A stretch of DNA of 60,655 bases from Gammaproteobacteria bacterium (GCA_007128895.1 SKWO01000032.1:1-60655), one strand, 5' to 3'; positions 8,441-25,434 are shown, counted from the first letter of the stretch. The notes: generated by a model not told the origin, from the sequence alone. Translations and numbers: made by a program.

Positions 8441-8468
8441 CTGGCACTCTCATGCCGAGAGTGCCAAG
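8441..8468. promoter_or_regulatory. CIRCE operator (HrcA binding site)
   Basis: CTGGCACTC-N9-GAGTGCCAAG versus consensus TTAGCACTC-N9-GAGTGCTAA. The inverted repeat TGGCACTC/GAGTGCCA is 8 bp and perfect, about 35 nt upstream of the hrcA start. Confidence 0.8.
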
Positions 8469-8501
8469 ATCGATTCCCTCATCCACTTCCATGTGCGGCG
8501 T

Positions 8502-9563
8502 ATGGTCATGAAGGCTCCATCCACGGGTGATCCAGTCCTCAATGAGCGGGCACGCCATGTGCTCAGGGTGCTCATCGATCGCTATATTCAGGACGGTCAA
8601 CCCGTCGGGTCGCGCACCCTGGCCCGCGATGCCGGGCTCAACCTGGGGGCGGCCTCTATCCGCAACATTATGGCAGACTTGGGCGATCTTGGCCTCATCC
8701 GCTCACCCCATACCTCGGCCGGGCGGGTGCCCACGGCGCGGGGTTACCGTTTCTTCGTCGATTCGTTGCTGACCTGGGAGCCACCCAGCGGCAGCGAGAT
8801 CGATCGCTTGCGCACGGCGCTGGAGGAGGATGGCAGTACCGACCACCTGCTGGCCAGTGCCTCCAGCCTGCTCTCCGGGATCACCCGGCTGGCCGGCGTC
8901 GTCTCGGTGCCTCGCCGTGACCATGATACCTTGCGCCAAGTCGAATTTCTGCCCCTCTCCGAGCGCCGTGTGCTCGCCATCCTGGTGGTCAACGAGCGTG
9001 AGGTGCAGAACCGGATCATCCGCACCGATCGCGACTATACGGCCGATGAGCTGCAGCGCGCGGCCAACTTTCTCAACAGCGAGTTTGCCGGTCGCGATCC
9101 GTGGCAGGTGCGTGATCGACTGGTCCACGACATGCGGCGGGCTCGGGAAGACATGGACCGGATCATGCGCACGGCTGTCGAGATGGCCGACAAGGCCTTC
9201 GCCGCCGCTCCTGCGCGCGACGACTATGTCTTGGCCGGTGAGCACCATCTGATGGGCTATGCGGAGATGTCGAATGTCGACAAGCTGCGCCAGCTCTTCG
9301 ATCTGTTCAACCGCAAGCGTGATCTGCTGCACCTGCTGGATCAGTCGATCCACGGTGACGGCGTGCAGATATTTATTGGTGAGGAGGTGGGCCACGAGCT
9401 GCTGGACGAGTGCAGCTTGGTCACCGCGCCTTACCAGGTCAATGGTCAGGTGGTCGGTGTGCTCGGGGTCATTGGCCCGACCCGCATGGCCTACAACCGA
9501 GTCATCCCGATGGTCGACATTACTGCACGCTTGCTTGGTGCGGCCTTGAACGAGGCGCAGTGA
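8502..9563 (+). CDS. hrcA: Heat-inducible transcription repressor HrcA
   Basis: LNERARHVLRVLIDRYIQDGQPVGSRTLARDAGLNLGAASIRNIMADLGDLGLIRSPHTSAGRVPTARGYRFFVD. Start at ATG 8502 (or 8508). The track ORF start at 8430 would include the operator. Confidence 0.92.
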   Translation: MVMKAPSTGDPVLNERARHVLRVLIDRYIQDGQPVGSRTLARDAGLNLGAASIRNIMADLGDLGLIRSPHTSAGRVPTARGYRFFVDSLLTWEPPSGSEIDRLRTALEEDGSTDHLLASASSLLSGITRLAGVVSVPRRDHDTLRQVEFLPLSERRVLAILVVNEREVQNRIIRTDRDYTADELQRAANFLNSEFAGRDPWQVRDRLVHDMRRAREDMDRIMRTAVEMADKAFAAAPARDDYVLAGEHHLMGYAEMSNVDKLRQLFDLFNRKRDLLHLLDQSIHGDGVQIFIGEEVGHELLDECSLVTAPYQVNGQVVGVLGVIGPTRMAYNRVIPMVDITARLLGAALNEAQ

Positions 9564-9573
9564 GCCCCCATCT
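9545..9573 (+). promoter_or_regulatory. Sigma-32 (RpoH) type promoter upstream of grpE, inside the hrcA 3' end
   Basis: CTTGAA (9545-9550), N14, CCCCCATCT (9565-9573), against the heat-shock consensus CTTGAAA-N13-15-CCCCATnT. Confidence 0.65.
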
Positions 9574-9612
9574 GTTGCAGACCGACGACCTACTGAAGCA
9601 AGAGGAGAGCTG

Positions 9613-10191
9613 ATGTCGAGCAAGGAAAAGCAGGAGCAGGCCGAGCAGGCAGCGCGTGGCGATGAGCCGGTCGAAGCCGCTGAGGGGCCAGATACGTCGG
9701 GCCAGCCGACACCGGAGACCGATGACCTCCAGCCGCTGCTGGAAGATGCCAGAGCCAAGGCGGACGAGCACTGGAACCAGTTGTTGCGCCTGCAGGCCGA
9801 GATGGAGAATCTGCGCAAGCGGGCGGCGCGCGATGTCGAGCACGCGCACAAGTATGCGCTCGAGCGTTTCGTGCAGGAGCTGCTCCCGGTCAAGGACAGC
9901 CTGGAGCTGGGACTGAGCGCCGCCGGCGCCTCGGGTGATGAGGGTGAGGCGGTGACCCGCTTTATCGAAGGCATGGAGCTGACGCTGCGCCAGTTGACTC
10001 AAGCGTTGGAGAAGTTCGGCGTGGTGGAGGTCGATCCGGTCGGTCAGCCGTTCAATCCGGAGCACCACCAGGCGATCACCATGCAGCCGGCCGAGGGCAG
10101 CGAGGCCAATACGGTGCTTTCGGTGATGCAGAAGGGCTATCTGCTCAACGAGCGACTGGTGCGTCCGGCCCTGGTGGTGGTGGCCAGCTGA
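9613..10191 (+). CDS. grpE: Nucleotide exchange factor GrpE
   Basis: ...HWNQLLRLQAEMENLRKRAARDVEHAHKYALERFVQELLPVKDSLE...GQPFNPEHHQAI..GYLLNERLVRPALVVV. Confidence 0.95.
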   Translation: MSSKEKQEQAEQAARGDEPVEAAEGPDTSGQPTPETDDLQPLLEDARAKADEHWNQLLRLQAEMENLRKRAARDVEHAHKYALERFVQELLPVKDSLELGLSAAGASGDEGEAVTRFIEGMELTLRQLTQALEKFGVVEVDPVGQPFNPEHHQAITMQPAEGSEANTVLSVMQKGYLLNERLVRPALVVVAS

Positions 10192-10209
10192 GGTCGTGCC
10201 ACGGCGGGG

Positions 10210-10238
10210 TTGAAACCGGCCCCGGGTTGCCCCATCTA
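10210..10238 (+). promoter_or_regulatory. Sigma-32 (RpoH) type promoter upstream of dnaK
   Basis: TTGAAA (10210-10215), N14, CCCCATCTA (10230-10238), 42 nt upstream of the dnaK ATG. Confidence 0.7.
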
Positions 10239-10279
10239 GGATGGCAACCGTATCGAATCACAACATTTGGAGAGAGAAC

Positions 10280-12223
10280 ATGGGCAAGATTATCGGAATC
10301 GACCTCGGCACCACCAACTCCTGCGTCGCCGTGATGGAGGGGGGCAAGGCCAAGGTCATCGAGAACAGTGAGGGCGATCGCACCACGCCGTCGATCGTCG
10401 CCTACAGCAAGGATGACGACGAGATCCTGGTGGGCCAGAGCGCCAAGCGCCAGGCGGTGACCAATCCGAACAACACCCTGTACGCCGTCAAGCGTCTGAT
10501 CGGTCGCAAGTTCAAGGACGATGTCGTGCAGCGCGACATCAAGATGGTGCCGTACAGCATCGTCGCCGCCGACAATGGCGATGCCTGGGTCGAGGTCAAG
10601 GGCAAGAAGATGGCGCCGCCGGAGGTCTCTGCTCGCGTCTTGATGAAGATGAAGAAGACCGCCGAGGACTATCTGGGCGAGGCGGTCACCGAGGCGGTCA
10701 TCACCGTGCCGGCCTACTTCAACGACTCGCAGCGTCAGGCGACCAAGGACGCCGGCAAGATCGCCGGCCTTGAGGTCAAGCGCATCATCAACGAGCCGAC
10801 CGCGGCCGCGCTGGCCTACGGCATGGACAAGAAGCGCGGTGACAGCAAGGTGGCCGTCTACGACCTGGGTGGCGGCACCTTCGACATCTCGATCATCGAG
10901 ATCGCCGACATCGACGGTGAGCACCAGTTCGAGGTGCTGGCGACCAACGGTGATACCTTCCTCGGTGGCGAGGACTTCGACATGCGGGTCATCGACTACC
11001 TGGCCGGCGAGTTCAAGAAGGAGTCGGGCATCGACCTCAAGGGCGATCCACTGGCCATGCAGCGCCTCAAGGAGGCGGCCGAGAAGGCCAAGATCGAGCT
11101 CTCCTCGAGCCAGCAGACCGAGATCAACCTGCCGTATGTCACCGCCGACGCGAGCGGGCCGAAGCACCTCAACGTCAAGCTCAGTCGGGCCAAGCTCGAG
11201 TCGCTGGTGGAGGATCTGATCACGCGCACCATCGAGCCGTGCAAGGTGGCGTTGAAGGATGCTGGCCTCTCCGCTGCGGAGATCGACGACGTCATCCTGG
11301 TCGGCGGCCAGACCCGCATGCCCAAGGTGCAGGAAGCGGTCAAAGCCTTCTTCGGCAAGGAGCCGCGCAAGGACGTCAACCCGGACGAAGCGGTCGCCAT
11401 CGGCGCCGCAATCCAGGGCGGCGTGCTCGGCGGCGAGGTCAAGGATGTGCTGCTGCTCGACGTCACTCCGCTTTCGCTCGGCATCGAGACCCTTGGCGGT
11501 GTGATGACCAAGCTGATCGAGAAGAACACCACCATTCCGACCAAGGCGAACCAGGTCTTCTCCACCGCCGACGACAATCAGACGGCCGTGACCGTGCACG
11601 TGCTGCAGGGCGAGCGCGAGATGGCCAGCGCCAACAAGTCATTGGGTCGCTTCGACCTCTCCGACATCCCGCCGGCACCGCGCGGCGTGCCGCAGATCGA
11701 GGTCACCTTCGACATCGATGCCAACGGTATTCTCAATGTCTCGGCCAAGGATAAGGGCACCGGCAAGGAGCAGAATATCGTCATCAAGGCCTCCTCCGGC
11801 CTCTCCGACGAAGAGATCGAGCGCATGGTTCAGGATGCCGAGGCGCACGCCGAGGAGGACCGCAAGTTCCACGAGCTGGTCAACGCACGCAACGGTGCCG
11901 AGAACATGATCCACGCCACCCGCAAGTCGATGGGTGAGCTCGGCGACAAGCTCGAGGCGGAAGAGAAAGAGAAGATCGAAGCTGCCATTACCGAGCTGGA
12001 AGCGGCGCTCAAGGGCGAGGACAAAGAGGCGATCGAGGCCAAGACCGGTGCGCTGGCCGAGGCCTCCGGCAAGATGGCCGAGCGCCTCTATGCCCAGCAG
12101 CAGGAGGCCGGTGCGACCGATGCAGGTGCCGGTGCCGAAACGGGCGGCGAATCGAATGAAGGCAAGGGCGACGATGTTGTCGATGCCGAGTTCGAAGAGG
12201 TCAAGGACGACGACAAGAAGTAA
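10280..12223 (+). CDS. dnaK: Molecular chaperone DnaK (Hsp70)
   Basis: [22 protein letters not shown]...; ATG at 10280 with GGAGAGAG upstream. Track ORF starts at 10241. Confidence 0.98.
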   Translation: MGKIIGIDLGTTNSCVAVMEGGKAKVIENSEGDRTTPSIVAYSKDDDEILVGQSAKRQAVTNPNNTLYAVKRLIGRKFKDDVVQRDIKMVPYSIVAADNGDAWVEVKGKKMAPPEVSARVLMKMKKTAEDYLGEAVTEAVITVPAYFNDSQRQATKDAGKIAGLEVKRIINEPTAAALAYGMDKKRGDSKVAVYDLGGGTFDISIIEIADIDGEHQFEVLATNGDTFLGGEDFDMRVIDYLAGEFKKESGIDLKGDPLAMQRLKEAAEKAKIELSSSQQTEINLPYVTADASGPKHLNVKLSRAKLESLVEDLITRTIEPCKVALKDAGLSAAEIDDVILVGGQTRMPKVQEAVKAFFGKEPRKDVNPDEAVAIGAAIQGGVLGGEVKDVLLLDVTPLSLGIETLGGVMTKLIEKNTTIPTKANQVFSTADDNQTAVTVHVLQGEREMASANKSLGRFDLSDIPPAPRGVPQIEVTFDIDANGILNVSAKDKGTGKEQNIVIKASSGLSDEEIERMVQDAEAHAEEDRKFHELVNARNGAENMIHATRKSMGELGDKLEAEEKEKIEAAITELEAALKGEDKEAIEAKTGALAEASGKMAERLYAQQQEAGATDAGAGAETGGESNEGKGDDVVDAEFEEVKDDDKK

Positions 12224-12244
12224 GGTCGTCTCCCGTGTCGAGGT

Positions 12245-12282
12245 GGCAGGCGCAGGCGGCGAAATGGCCGCCTGCGCCTGTC
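12245..12282 (+). promoter_or_regulatory. Stable intercistronic stem-loop between dnaK and dnaJ (possible attenuator or mRNA stabiliser)
   Basis: CAGGCGCAGGCGGC-GAAATG-GCCGCCTGCGCCTG is a 14-bp perfect stem, extendable to 16 bp, followed by only a weak T tract (CGTTTCAC). Confidence 0.45.
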
Positions 12283-12330
12283 CGTTTCACCCGGCCGTCC
12301 GCGGTCGGTTAACCAGGGCTAAAGCAGCAG

Positions 12331-14273
<1,943 letters not shown>

Positions 14274-14302
14274 TTCGACCGGCGGCCAGCCCCTGCTCGA
14301 CG

Positions 14303-14331
14303 TGGACAGCGGCGGGCTGACTGGCTATACT
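14303..14331 (+). promoter_or_regulatory. Candidate sigma-70 promoter of carAB
   Basis: TGGACA-N17-TATACT in the dapB-carA spacer. Confidence 0.45.
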
Positions 14332-14350
14332 GAACAGCAGAATTGCAAAG

Positions 14351-14379
14351 AGCGGGAGAGGCCACGGCCTGCTCCCGCT
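14351..14379 (+). promoter_or_regulatory. Leader stem-loop upstream of carA (possible attenuator)
   Basis: AGCGGGAG-AGGCC-ACG-GGCCT-G-CTCCCGCT gives 13 bp in two helices. There is no clear U tract after it. Confidence 0.35.
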
Positions 14380-14431
14380 TCGCGTATCTGGAACCCTGCA
14401 AACCGGACTTGAACAACGGCGGGAGGACGCA

Positions 14432-15565
14432 TTGAATACGCCAGCCATCCTGGCCCTGGAAGACGGCACTGTACTGCACGGCATCTCCATCGGCGTCGAC
14501 GGCGAGACGGTCGGCGAGGTGGTTTTCAATACCTCGATGACCGGCTATCAGGAGATCCTGACCGATCCCTCCTACAGCCGCCAACTCGTTACCCTGACCT
14601 ATCCGCACATCGGCAACGTCGGCACCAACAGCGAGGACCGTGAAGCCGAGCGGGTCATGGCGGCCGGTCTGATCATTCGTGACCTGCCGTTGATCGCCAG
14701 CAGCTGGCGCAGCCAGCAGAGCCTGCCGGACTACCTGCAGCTCAACGGAGTGGTGGCGATCGCCGAGATCGATACCCGCCACCTGACGCGCATCCTGCGC
14801 GAGAAGGGGGCGCTGGCCGGCTGTATCGTCGCCGGCGAGGGGGCCGATGCCGACCACGCACTGGCTCAGGCGCGCGCCTTCCCCGGCCTCAAGGGGATGG
14901 ACCTGGCGCGCGAGGTCTCCTGTGAGACCGCCTACGAATGGGGTGAAGGAATCTGGCAGCTCGATGGCGGCTTCCCCGCCGCCAAGCCGCCGGCCGAGCT
15001 GGAGCACCATGTGGTGGCGTGGGACTTTGGCGTCAAGCGCAACATCCTGCGCCTGCTGGTCGATCGCGGCTGTCGCGTCACCGTGGTACCGGCGCAGACG
15101 CCGGCCAGCGAGGTGTTGGCGATGCAGCCGGATGGCATCTTCCTCTCCAACGGGCCGGGCGACCCGGAGCCGTGCGACTACGCCATCCGGGCGACGCGCG
15201 AGGTGGTCGACGCCGGGTTGCCGGTCTTCGGTATCTGTCTCGGTCACCAGCTGCTGGCCTTGGCCATGGGGGCGCGTACCGCCAAGATGAAGACCGGCCA
15301 CCACGGTGCCAACCACCCGGTGATCGACCTCGACACGGGGCGGGTGATGATCACCAGCCAGAACCACGGCTTTGCCGTGGATGAGGCGAGCCTGCCCTCT
15401 GGTCTGCGTGCCACCCATCGCTCGCTCTTCGACGGCACCCTGCAGGGGATCGCCGGCACCGAGGCACCGGTCTTCGGCTTCCAGGGCCACCCGGAGGCGA
15501 GCCCGGGGCCGCAGGACGTCGTCCACCTCTTCGACCACTTCGTCTCGCTGATTCGTGCAAGGTAG
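14432..15565 (+). CDS. carA: Carbamoyl-phosphate synthase small (glutaminase) subunit
   Basis: [16 protein letters not shown]...[17 protein letters not shown]...GICLGHQ. TTG start at 14432 with GGGAGGA upstream; E. coli carA also starts with UUG. Confidence 0.95.
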   Translation: MNTPAILALEDGTVLHGISIGVDGETVGEVVFNTSMTGYQEILTDPSYSRQLVTLTYPHIGNVGTNSEDREAERVMAAGLIIRDLPLIASSWRSQQSLPDYLQLNGVVAIAEIDTRHLTRILREKGALAGCIVAGEGADADHALAQARAFPGLKGMDLAREVSCETAYEWGEGIWQLDGGFPAAKPPAELEHHVVAWDFGVKRNILRLLVDRGCRVTVVPAQTPASEVLAMQPDGIFLSNGPGDPEPCDYAIRATREVVDAGLPVFGICLGHQLLALAMGARTAKMKTGHHGANHPVIDLDTGRVMITSQNHGFAVDEASLPSGLRATHRSLFDGTLQGIAGTEAPVFGFQGHPEASPGPQDVVHLFDHFVSLIRAR

Positions 15566-15571
15566 TCTTTC

Positions 15572-18792
<3,221 letters not shown>

Positions 18793-18796
<4 letters not shown>

Positions 18797-19269
18797 GCAA
18801 GGTACCGTTGACTGCGCGTGGCGCACAGAAGCTGCGCGATGAGTTGCATGAACTGAAGAGCGTGGCCCGGCCGAAAGTGATCGAGGCGATTGCCGAGGCA
18901 CGCGCCCACGGCGATCTGAAGGAGAATGCCGAGTACCATGCCGCGCGCGAGCAGCAGGGCTTCATCGAGGGGCGCATCGCCGAGATCGAGGGCAAGCTGG
19001 GCAATGCCCAGATCATCGATGTCTCCACGCTGAATGCCCAGGGCAAGGTCGTCTTCGGCGCTACCGTCGAGCTGATGGAGCAGGAGAGCGGTGAAGAGGT
19101 GACCTATCAGATCGTTGGCGAGGATGAGGCCGACATCAAGCAGGGGATGATTTCGGTCAGCTCGCCGATCGCCCGTGCCCTGATCGGCAAGGAGGAGGGC
19201 GACGTGGCTCAGGTGCAGGCGCCGGGCGGTCTCAAGGAGTACGAGATCCTGGCCGTACGCTACGAGTGA
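18793..19269 (+). CDS. greA: Transcription elongation factor GreA
   Basis: [57 protein letters not shown] overlap with the carB stop. Confidence 0.96.
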
Positions 19270-19563
19270 TCAGGCCGGAAACTGGATGACCCGCTCTTCG
19301 GCCGGCCGGTAGTAGCTGGCGATGTGGCCGATCTGCTGCACCAGCTCGGCGCCGGTTCGGCTGGCGATCTCGCCAACCATGCGCTTGCGTAGATGACGGT
19401 CACCGGCATTGACCCGTATCTTGATCAGCTCATGGTGGGCCAACGCATTTTCGATCTCTCCCAGGACCGCTTCGGTCAGGCCGGCGCTGCCGATGATGAC
19501 GACCGGCTTGCGGTGGTGCGCCAGGGTGCGCAGGTAGTGACGCTGTTTCTTGTTCAGGCCCAT
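19270..19563 (-). CDS. yhbY: Ribosome-assembly RNA-binding protein YhbY (CRS1/YhbY domain)
   Basis: MGLNKKQRHYLRTLAHHRKPVVIIGSAGLTEAVLGEIENALAHHELIKIRV. Start moved to the ATG at 19563 of track ORF 19270..19647. Confidence 0.9.
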   Translation of the reverse strand: MGLNKKQRHYLRTLAHHRKPVVIIGSAGLTEAVLGEIENALAHHELIKIRVNAGDRHLRKRMVGEIASRTGAELVQQIGHIASYYRPAEERVIQFPA

Positions 19564-19580
19564 CAGTGGTAGGTGTCCGG

Positions 19581-19853
19581 ATGTCGTCGTCTGAAGAACG
19601 CGGGAGCGAGAGTATAACCCGAAAGGCGCATGGCTGGGCAGTGGCACCCAGTCCGTTCAATGGGGTCAAGCTGGAACTCGCGGTGATCCTGATCGTCGGG
19701 CTACTGTTGGTCCTGCTCAGCGGCCGCCTCTTTGCCTCGCTCTGGTGGCAGTGGCTGGTACCGCTCGGCTTCGGGTGTGCGGGTGCACTCTGGATCGTCT
19801 GGCGCGTACGCGCCGTTGCCGCAAGGATTACGCATGGCCAAGACACGGCGTAG
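19581..19853 (+). CDS. Hypothetical small membrane protein (about 90 aa, two predicted TM helices)
   Basis: Track ORF 19566..19853 fills the yhbY-rlmE gap. [21 protein letters not shown] and [18 protein letters not shown] are hydrophobic helices, and third codon positions in that part are mostly G/C. The start is uncertain (ATG 19581 or a later GTG). Its end overlaps the rlmE start by 20 nt. Confidence 0.4.
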   Translation: MSSSEERGSESITRKAHGWAVAPSPFNGVKLELAVILIVGLLLVLLSGRLFASLWWQWLVPLGFGCAGALWIVWRVRAVAARITHGQDTA

Positions 19854-20463
19854 CGCCAGTAGCCGGCGTTGGCTCAAGGAACACTTCGACGATCCGTATG
19901 TCCAAAAGGCCAAGGCGGAGGGGTGGCGCTCGCGTGCTGTCTACAAGCTGATCGAGATCGACGGCAAGGATCGTCTCCTGCGCCCGGGCATGACCGTGGT
20001 CGATCTCGGTGCGGCGCCCGGTGGCTGGTCGCAGTATGCCCGCGATCGGGTCGGCCCGCAGGGGCGGGTGGTGGCACTCGACATCCTGCCGATGGACGAG
20101 CTGCCCGGGGTCGATTTTGTCTTGGGCGATTTTCGCGAAGAGGCGGTGTTGGCGCAGTTGCTTGAGGTGCTCGGCGAGCGGCCGGTCGATCTGCTGCTCT
20201 CCGATATGGCGCCCAATACCAGCGGCCTGAAGGATGTCGATCGGCTGCGCTCGGCGCTGCTCGCTGAGTTGGCGCTGGAGCTGGCCGAGCGGGTGGTGGC
20301 GCCGGGCGGTGATCTGCTGGTCAAGGTCTTTCAGGGTGAGGGGTTCGATCCACTATTACGGCAGATGCGCGCGCGCTTCGACACGGTTCGCTCGCGCAAG
20401 CCGGAGGCCTCCAGGTCGCGCTCATCCGAGCTCTACCTGCTGGCACGCGGCAGACGATTGTAG
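19834..20463 (+). CDS. rlmE: 23S rRNA (uridine2552-2'-O)-methyltransferase RlmE (FtsJ)
   Basis: [35 protein letters not shown]...[16 protein letters not shown] at 19834 with AAGGA upstream. Confidence 0.95.
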   Translation: MAKTRRSASSRRWLKEHFDDPYVQKAKAEGWRSRAVYKLIEIDGKDRLLRPGMTVVDLGAAPGGWSQYARDRVGPQGRVVALDILPMDELPGVDFVLGDFREEAVLAQLLEVLGERPVDLLLSDMAPNTSGLKDVDRLRSALLAELALELAERVVAPGGDLLVKVFQGEGFDPLLRQMRARFDTVRSRKPEASRSRSSELYLLARGRRL

Positions 20464-20501
20464 TAAGGTTCCGACACGGAGAGTCGAGAGGTAGCAGAGC
20501 G

Positions 20502-22442
<1,941 letters not shown>

Positions 22443-22452
22443 GCCGGCCGGC

Positions 22453-23271
22453 GTGCCGACCCTTTCACTCTCCACGCCCCAGGTCATGGGGATCCTCAAC
22501 GTCACCCCCGACTCCTTCTCGGACGGGGGTGACTTTGTTGTGGCCGAACGCGCCATCGATCACGCCTGGCAGATGGTGGAGGCGGGAGCGGCCATCATCG
22601 ACATCGGCGGCGAGTCGACCCGCCCCGGGGCAGCCGCCGTCTCGGTGCAGGAAGAGATCGATCGCGTCGTCCCGGTGGTCGAGGCGCTGGCCGGCACGCT
22701 GCCGGCGCTGCTCTCGGTCGACACCAGCCGTCCCGAGGTGATGCGCGCCGCCGTCGCCGCCGGGGCGGGTATGGTCAACGACGTGCGTGCCCTGCGTCTG
22801 CCGGGCGCGCTGGAGGCAGCCGCCGAGCTCGATGTGCCGGTCTGTCTGATGCACATGCAGGGCCTTGATCCGGCGACCATGCAGCAGGCGCCTGGCTATA
22901 GCGATGTCGTGGCCGAGGTGGCCGCCTTTCTTGAATCACGGGTGGTAGCGTGCAAGGCCGTCGGTATCCCACGCCAGCGGTTGCTGCTCGACCCCGGCTT
23001 CGGCTTTGGCAAGACCTTGGCGCACAACCTGGGTCTCTTCCGCCACCTGCCCGATCTGCGTGGGCTCGGTCTGCCGTTGCTGGTGGGGGTTTCGCGCAAG
23101 TCGATGATCGGTCAGGTGCTGGACGGCGCGCCGATCGACGAGCGATTGCACGGCAGTGTGGCGCTGGCCGGATTGGCTGCCTGGCTTGGGGCGTCGGTTG
23201 TTCGGGTGCACGATGTGCGTGCCACCGTCGATGCTATACGCATGGTGCAGGCGGTCAAGGAGGCAGCATGA
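22453..23271 (+). CDS. folP: Dihydropteroate synthase
   Basis: [18 protein letters not shown]...[16 protein letters not shown] at 22453 chosen just after the ftsH stop. The ATG at 22486 is an alternative, and the track ORF start at 22279 overlaps ftsH. Confidence 0.9.
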   Translation: MPTLSLSTPQVMGILNVTPDSFSDGGDFVVAERAIDHAWQMVEAGAAIIDIGGESTRPGAAAVSVQEEIDRVVPVVEALAGTLPALLSVDTSRPEVMRAAVAAGAGMVNDVRALRLPGALEAAAELDVPVCLMHMQGLDPATMQQAPGYSDVVAEVAAFLESRVVACKAVGIPRQRLLLDPGFGFGKTLAHNLGLFRHLPDLRGLGLPLLVGVSRKSMIGQVLDGAPIDERLHGSVALAGLAAWLGASVVRVHDVRATVDAIRMVQAVKEAA

Positions 23272-24614
23272 GCGAGCAACGCAACCACTTCGGCACCGAC
23301 GGAGTGCGCGGCCGGGTCGGTGTCGAGCCGATCACCCCCGATTTCGTCATGCGCCTCGGCTGGGCCGCAGGCAAGGTCTTCAGTCAGGGGCGGCGCGGTC
23401 GTGTCCTGGTGGGCAAGGATACCCGCATCTCCGGCTATATCCTCGAGTCGGCACTCGAGGCAGGACTGGCCAGCGCCGGTGCCGACGTGCTGCTGCTCGG
23501 CCCGATGCCGACCCCAGCCATTGCCTATCTGACCCGTACCCTCGGCGCCAGTGCTGGCGTCGTCATCAGCGCCTCGCACAACCCGTACCACGACAACGGT
23601 ATCAAGTTCTTCTCCGGCTGTGGCAGCAAGCTGCCCGATGCCACCGAGCAGGCGATCGAGGCCCTGCTCGACCAGCCCATGGCCATGGTCGAGCCGGCGG
23701 CGCTGGGCAAGGCCGAACGGCTCAACGACGCCCCCGGTCGCTATATCGAGTTCTGCAAGGGGACGGTCGAGCCGTGGGTCGACCTCTCCGGGCTCAAGAT
23801 CGTGGTCGATTGCGCCCACGGCGCCGCCTACCATATCGCGCCGCATGTCTTTGGTGAGCGCGGCGCGACGGTGATTCCGATCGGCGTTGCGCCGGACGGC
23901 TTCAACATCAATGCCGGCTGCGGTTCGACGGCGCCGGAGGCACTGCAGCAGGCGGTGGCCGAGCACGGTGCCGACCTCGGTATTGCCTTCGATGGGGATG
24001 CCGATCGCGTGGTCATGGTCGATGGACGCGGGCAGTTGATCGACGGTGACGCGCTGCTCTGGATCATTGCCAACGACCGCCGCGACTCGGGCGGCCTGAT
24101 CGGCGGCGTGGTCGGCACCGTGATGAGTAACCTCGGTCTCGAGCTCGCCTTCGAAGCGGCCGGTGTACCCTTCAGTCGCGCCGCGGTGGGTGATCGCTAT
24201 GTGCTGGAGCGGCTGCGCGAACACGGTTGGCAGCTCGGCGGTGAGGCCTCGGGCCATATTCTCTGTCTGGACAAGGCCACCACCGGGGATGGCATCGTTG
24301 CCGCCCTGCAGGTGCTGCGTGCCATGGTGCGCAGCGGGCGCAGTCTGGACGAACTGTGCGCCGGCATGGAGCGGTTGCCCCAAGTCTTGGTCAACGTCAC
24401 CGTGGCGCGCCGTTTCGATCCGATGGCGGTGCCGCGGGTGGCTGAGGCGGTGGCCGCGGTCGAGGCGCGCATGGGGCGGGCCGGGCGCGTGCTGCTGCGT
24501 GCCTCTGGTACAGAGCCGAAGATTCGCGTCATGGTCGAGGGCGAGGATGCGGCGCTGGTCGACACCCTGGCTACCGAGCTGGCCGAGGTGGTGCGCGGCG
24601 CCGTGGTCGCTTGA
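23268..24614 (+). CDS. glmM: Phosphoglucosamine mutase
   Basis: [11 protein letters not shown]...[19 protein letters not shown] (active-site Ser motif). ATGA overlap with the folP stop. Confidence 0.96.
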   Translation: MSEQRNHFGTDGVRGRVGVEPITPDFVMRLGWAAGKVFSQGRRGRVLVGKDTRISGYILESALEAGLASAGADVLLLGPMPTPAIAYLTRTLGASAGVVISASHNPYHDNGIKFFSGCGSKLPDATEQAIEALLDQPMAMVEPAALGKAERLNDAPGRYIEFCKGTVEPWVDLSGLKIVVDCAHGAAYHIAPHVFGERGATVIPIGVAPDGFNINAGCGSTAPEALQQAVAEHGADLGIAFDGDADRVVMVDGRGQLIDGDALLWIIANDRRDSGGLIGGVVGTVMSNLGLELAFEAAGVPFSRAAVGDRYVLERLREHGWQLGGEASGHILCLDKATTGDGIVAALQVLRAMVRSGRSLDELCAGMERLPQVLVNVTVARRFDPMAVPRVAEAVAAVEARMGRAGRVLLRASGTEPKIRVMVEGEDAALVDTLATELAEVVRGAVVA

Positions 24615-24678
24615 TTTATTCGGCGTGGCCATGTAACCTTGCCGCTCGTTTTGCAGATATAAAGAACCGACTGGAATC

Positions 24679-25434
24679 ATGCGTCGTACACTGATCGCCG
24701 GAAACTGGAAGATGAATGGCAGCCGCGACTCGATCGCCGCGCTGCTGGACGGTATCCTTTCTGGAGTCGATGAGGTGTCAGCGGCTGATGTGGCTGTCTG
24801 CGCCCCGTTCGTCTACCTGTCCCAGGTCGCTGAGCGGCTGCAGGGCAGTGTCGTGACCTGGGGTGCCCAGGATGTCAGCAGCCACGCCAACGGTGCCTTT
24901 ACTGGCGAGATTTCGGCGGACATGCTGCTCGAATTTGGTTGCCGTTATGCCATCGTCGGCCACTCTGAGCGGCGCCAGTACCACGGCGAGACCGATACGG
25001 TGGTGGCCGACAAGTTCGCCGCCGCACAGGTCGCCGGTCTGATCCCGATCCTCTGCCTTGGGGAGCAGCTCGAGGAGCGCGAGTCGGGGGTGACCGAGCA
25101 GGTGGTCGCGCGCCAGCTCGACGCCGTGCTGGATCGGGTCGGGGCCGAGGCATTGGCGCAGGGCGTGATCGCCTATGAACCGGTCTGGGCCATCGGTACC
25201 GGCAAGACGGCGTCACCGGAGCAGGCGCAGGAGGTGCATGCCTTCATTCGCGCCCGTGTCGCTGCCAAGGCGGCCGCTGCGGGTGAAGCCGTGCGTATCC
25301 TCTATGGTGGCAGCATGAATGCCGGTAACGCGGCTCAGCTGCTGGCCATGGCCGATATTGATGGGGGTCTGATCGGGGGTGCCTCGCTCAAGGCCGATGA
25401 TTTTCTGACCATCGCCCGCTCCGCGGCGGCTTGA
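24679..25434 (+). CDS. tpiA: Triosephosphate isomerase
   Basis: LIAGNWKMNGS...AIVGHSERR...AYEPVWAIGTGKTASP. Confidence 0.96.
   Translation: MRRTLIAGNWKMNGSRDSIAALLDGILSGVDEVSAADVAVCAPFVYLSQVAERLQGSVVTWGAQDVSSHANGAFTGEISADMLLEFGCRYAIVGHSERRQYHGETDTVVADKFAAAQVAGLIPILCLGEQLEERESGVTEQVVARQLDAVLDRVGAEALAQGVIAYEPVWAIGTGKTASPEQAQEVHAFIRARVAAKAAAAGEAVRILYGGSMNAGNAAQLLAMADIDGGLIGGASLKADDFLTIARSAAA

Noticed and set aside
14330-14348. Possible ArgR ARG box (TGAACAGCAGAATTGCA) overlapping the carA promoter.
   Set aside because: The half-site spacing and sequence do not fit TGAAT-wwww-ATTCA. It is only a superficial resemblance.
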